From a virus, in the IMG/VR virus record IMGVR_UViG_3300025013_000002, positions 18,562 to 82,561 of that record: a stretch of DNA of 64,000 bases; one strand, 5' to 3'. Of the stretch, positions 63,601 through 64,000 are shown piece after piece. A program made the translations under genes and the position numbers. The first letter of the stretch is position 1. The number at the start of each line of letters is the position of its first letter. The notes under the pieces are model-generated. The model was not told the origin of the DNA. It searched no databases and saw nothing but the letters and a program-made list of their open reading frames with translations.

Positions 63601-64000
63601 AGCCGGGTCAAGTTAAGGCAGGTCTTGCTGAGGTAGCAAGGACTCAACAGCAACAAGAGTTGGCTGATCTTGCTAGGTATACCAAGGAGAAGGCCGAAAT
63701 TGCTAAGATGGCTGAGCCCAAAAAGCCTGATCTTGAACTCCCTACTCTTGACGCAGCCAAACGCGAGAAGCAACTAGATCTTGAACTCCGTACTACCCAG
63801 CAGGTTGCCTCGATCAAGAAGGAGGAGACCTACGCAGCTTCTGAGATCTACAAGATCGAGGAGGAGACCCTCCACAAGACCATTGAGGTAGGGAAGCAAA
63901 AAGTCAAAAATCTTGAAAGTGACAATGAAGAAATTGAGAAGTGGATCGAACTGAACGAAGGCAAAGAGGAAGCCAAACAAAAGCTTGAAGATTTGAGAAG
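60696..64000 (+). CDS. Tape measure protein (runs off the window end)
   Basis: ATG 60696 with GGAG RBS; long Ala-rich helical frame with a TP901-type core (…SRFTADEV…LAQAG…QAGIKPSTIGTGL…). Confidence 0.9.
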   Translation, partial: MSQNEKLGIEIVIDLSGAKKQLEDLNKILANAGKGFKAEDFAKSFASAFAKAFSNIEKQAAQSAEKISKIAKKLADANANGLTTGAEAQSAIKQSTFNKQMAAASKTIQDYSRLVLNADGVLVSFVKNQKELAAAAERAAKALVSQQRSQTKGFEYIDPADKNKGYSRSSVIKDQSIAFDQALIEKATRESSAANKALSDTNKAAAASARETARAELDRARAHREAARAAREAEKPTGILAVSLSKLTTRIAEFYTIRTALFAVTNQIREAVGASISLNQSMYDIAAIAGAPVDSVNVFSDAILTIAKNSRFTADEVSGLMKVLAQAGVKMEQLPAVSAAVGMFATATGSSPAVSADLTTTAMNVFGITAENVAKITNSMTAALNESKLSTEGLATAFNYLAPQAAQLGLSLEQTLGMIATQAQAGIKPSTIGTGLSQLLKDLAAPKPRLKKLLEVYGIDQDSIDTTKHTLDEVADVFKNHNVKVQDLMAAMDTRVGRAMITSITLGGDAFRLMTENVTGTNATMIAFDKSMQGAQARLNVIKQTFASTVVTLGQGGLGGALSAITDGITSFVRGLESAPGQIMLVATGVGTLVLAIKALSGSLALLGIAASVGQIGLLLGALTLLGAGVAAVGNHLHKEEDALKASNEALVKKRTVTGEYVKLLNRAAVENSAYNESMKEAARLYREEGELALPKIAKLKGQDITLTAELRTEIAKFAAKHPAYVELLNKEKISLTELYEIRVKLNKESQADDISRMNEANSINRNIATLQATLEALERQKANPSKGRTKRSVDDEFESEDSLIQRKIDKAKQTIQQLKVLRSETLKPVQMPYAADELNQVRPIFDKAKPEATKGPDMGGSSTAAESAADVLKRIKNREEKNREQLKQEALQQARLTGEAELQALQKAGEETKDKKLAVEKQLDDEFAARRKAERAAAFTQLADDFGGSAQLNADGSYGITGYDKKFKPGQVKAGLAEVARTQQQQELADLARYTKEKAEIAKMAEPKKPDLELPTLDAAKREKQLDLELRTTQQVASIKKEETYAASEIYKIEEETLHKTIEVGKQKVKNLESDNEEIEKWIELNEGKEEAKQKLEDLR

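Overview
This 64-kb window is part of a large tailed dsDNA phage, most likely temperate and siphovirus-like. From 1 to about 37.7 kb the genes run on the minus strand. They comprise a replication and nucleotide module (family A DNA polymerase with a UDG-like N-terminus, primase, DnaB-like and SF2 helicases, N6A/N4C methylase, RtcB, ThyX, lytic transglycosylase, serine recombinase), followed by about 16 kb of small early or accessory genes. A largely non-coding control hub at about 35.7-39.7 kb holds hairpins, tandem repeats and divergent sigma70-like promoters. Plus-strand small genes follow, then a tyrosine integrase beside an attP that carries the 5' half of a tRNA-Gln(CTG) with its own promoter. 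The window ends with an HK97-type morphogenesis operon (terminase, portal, protease, capsid, tail, frameshifted chaperone, and a tape measure gene running off the end). The most unusual features are non-coding. (i) About 25 copies of a 16-bp operator-like palindrome, AATTCAnnnnTGAATT, sit over promoters and RBSs across the window. (ii) About 15 same-orientation copies of AAATGTGA-N4-TCACTTTT punctuate the early genes like cassette boundaries. (iii) A family of covarying ~50-bp hairpins capped by GC-GNA-GC includes a 67-bp-period triple array. (iv) A ~500-nt stretch looks like a large structured ncRNA. All product calls come from motif recognition by eye, with no database search.
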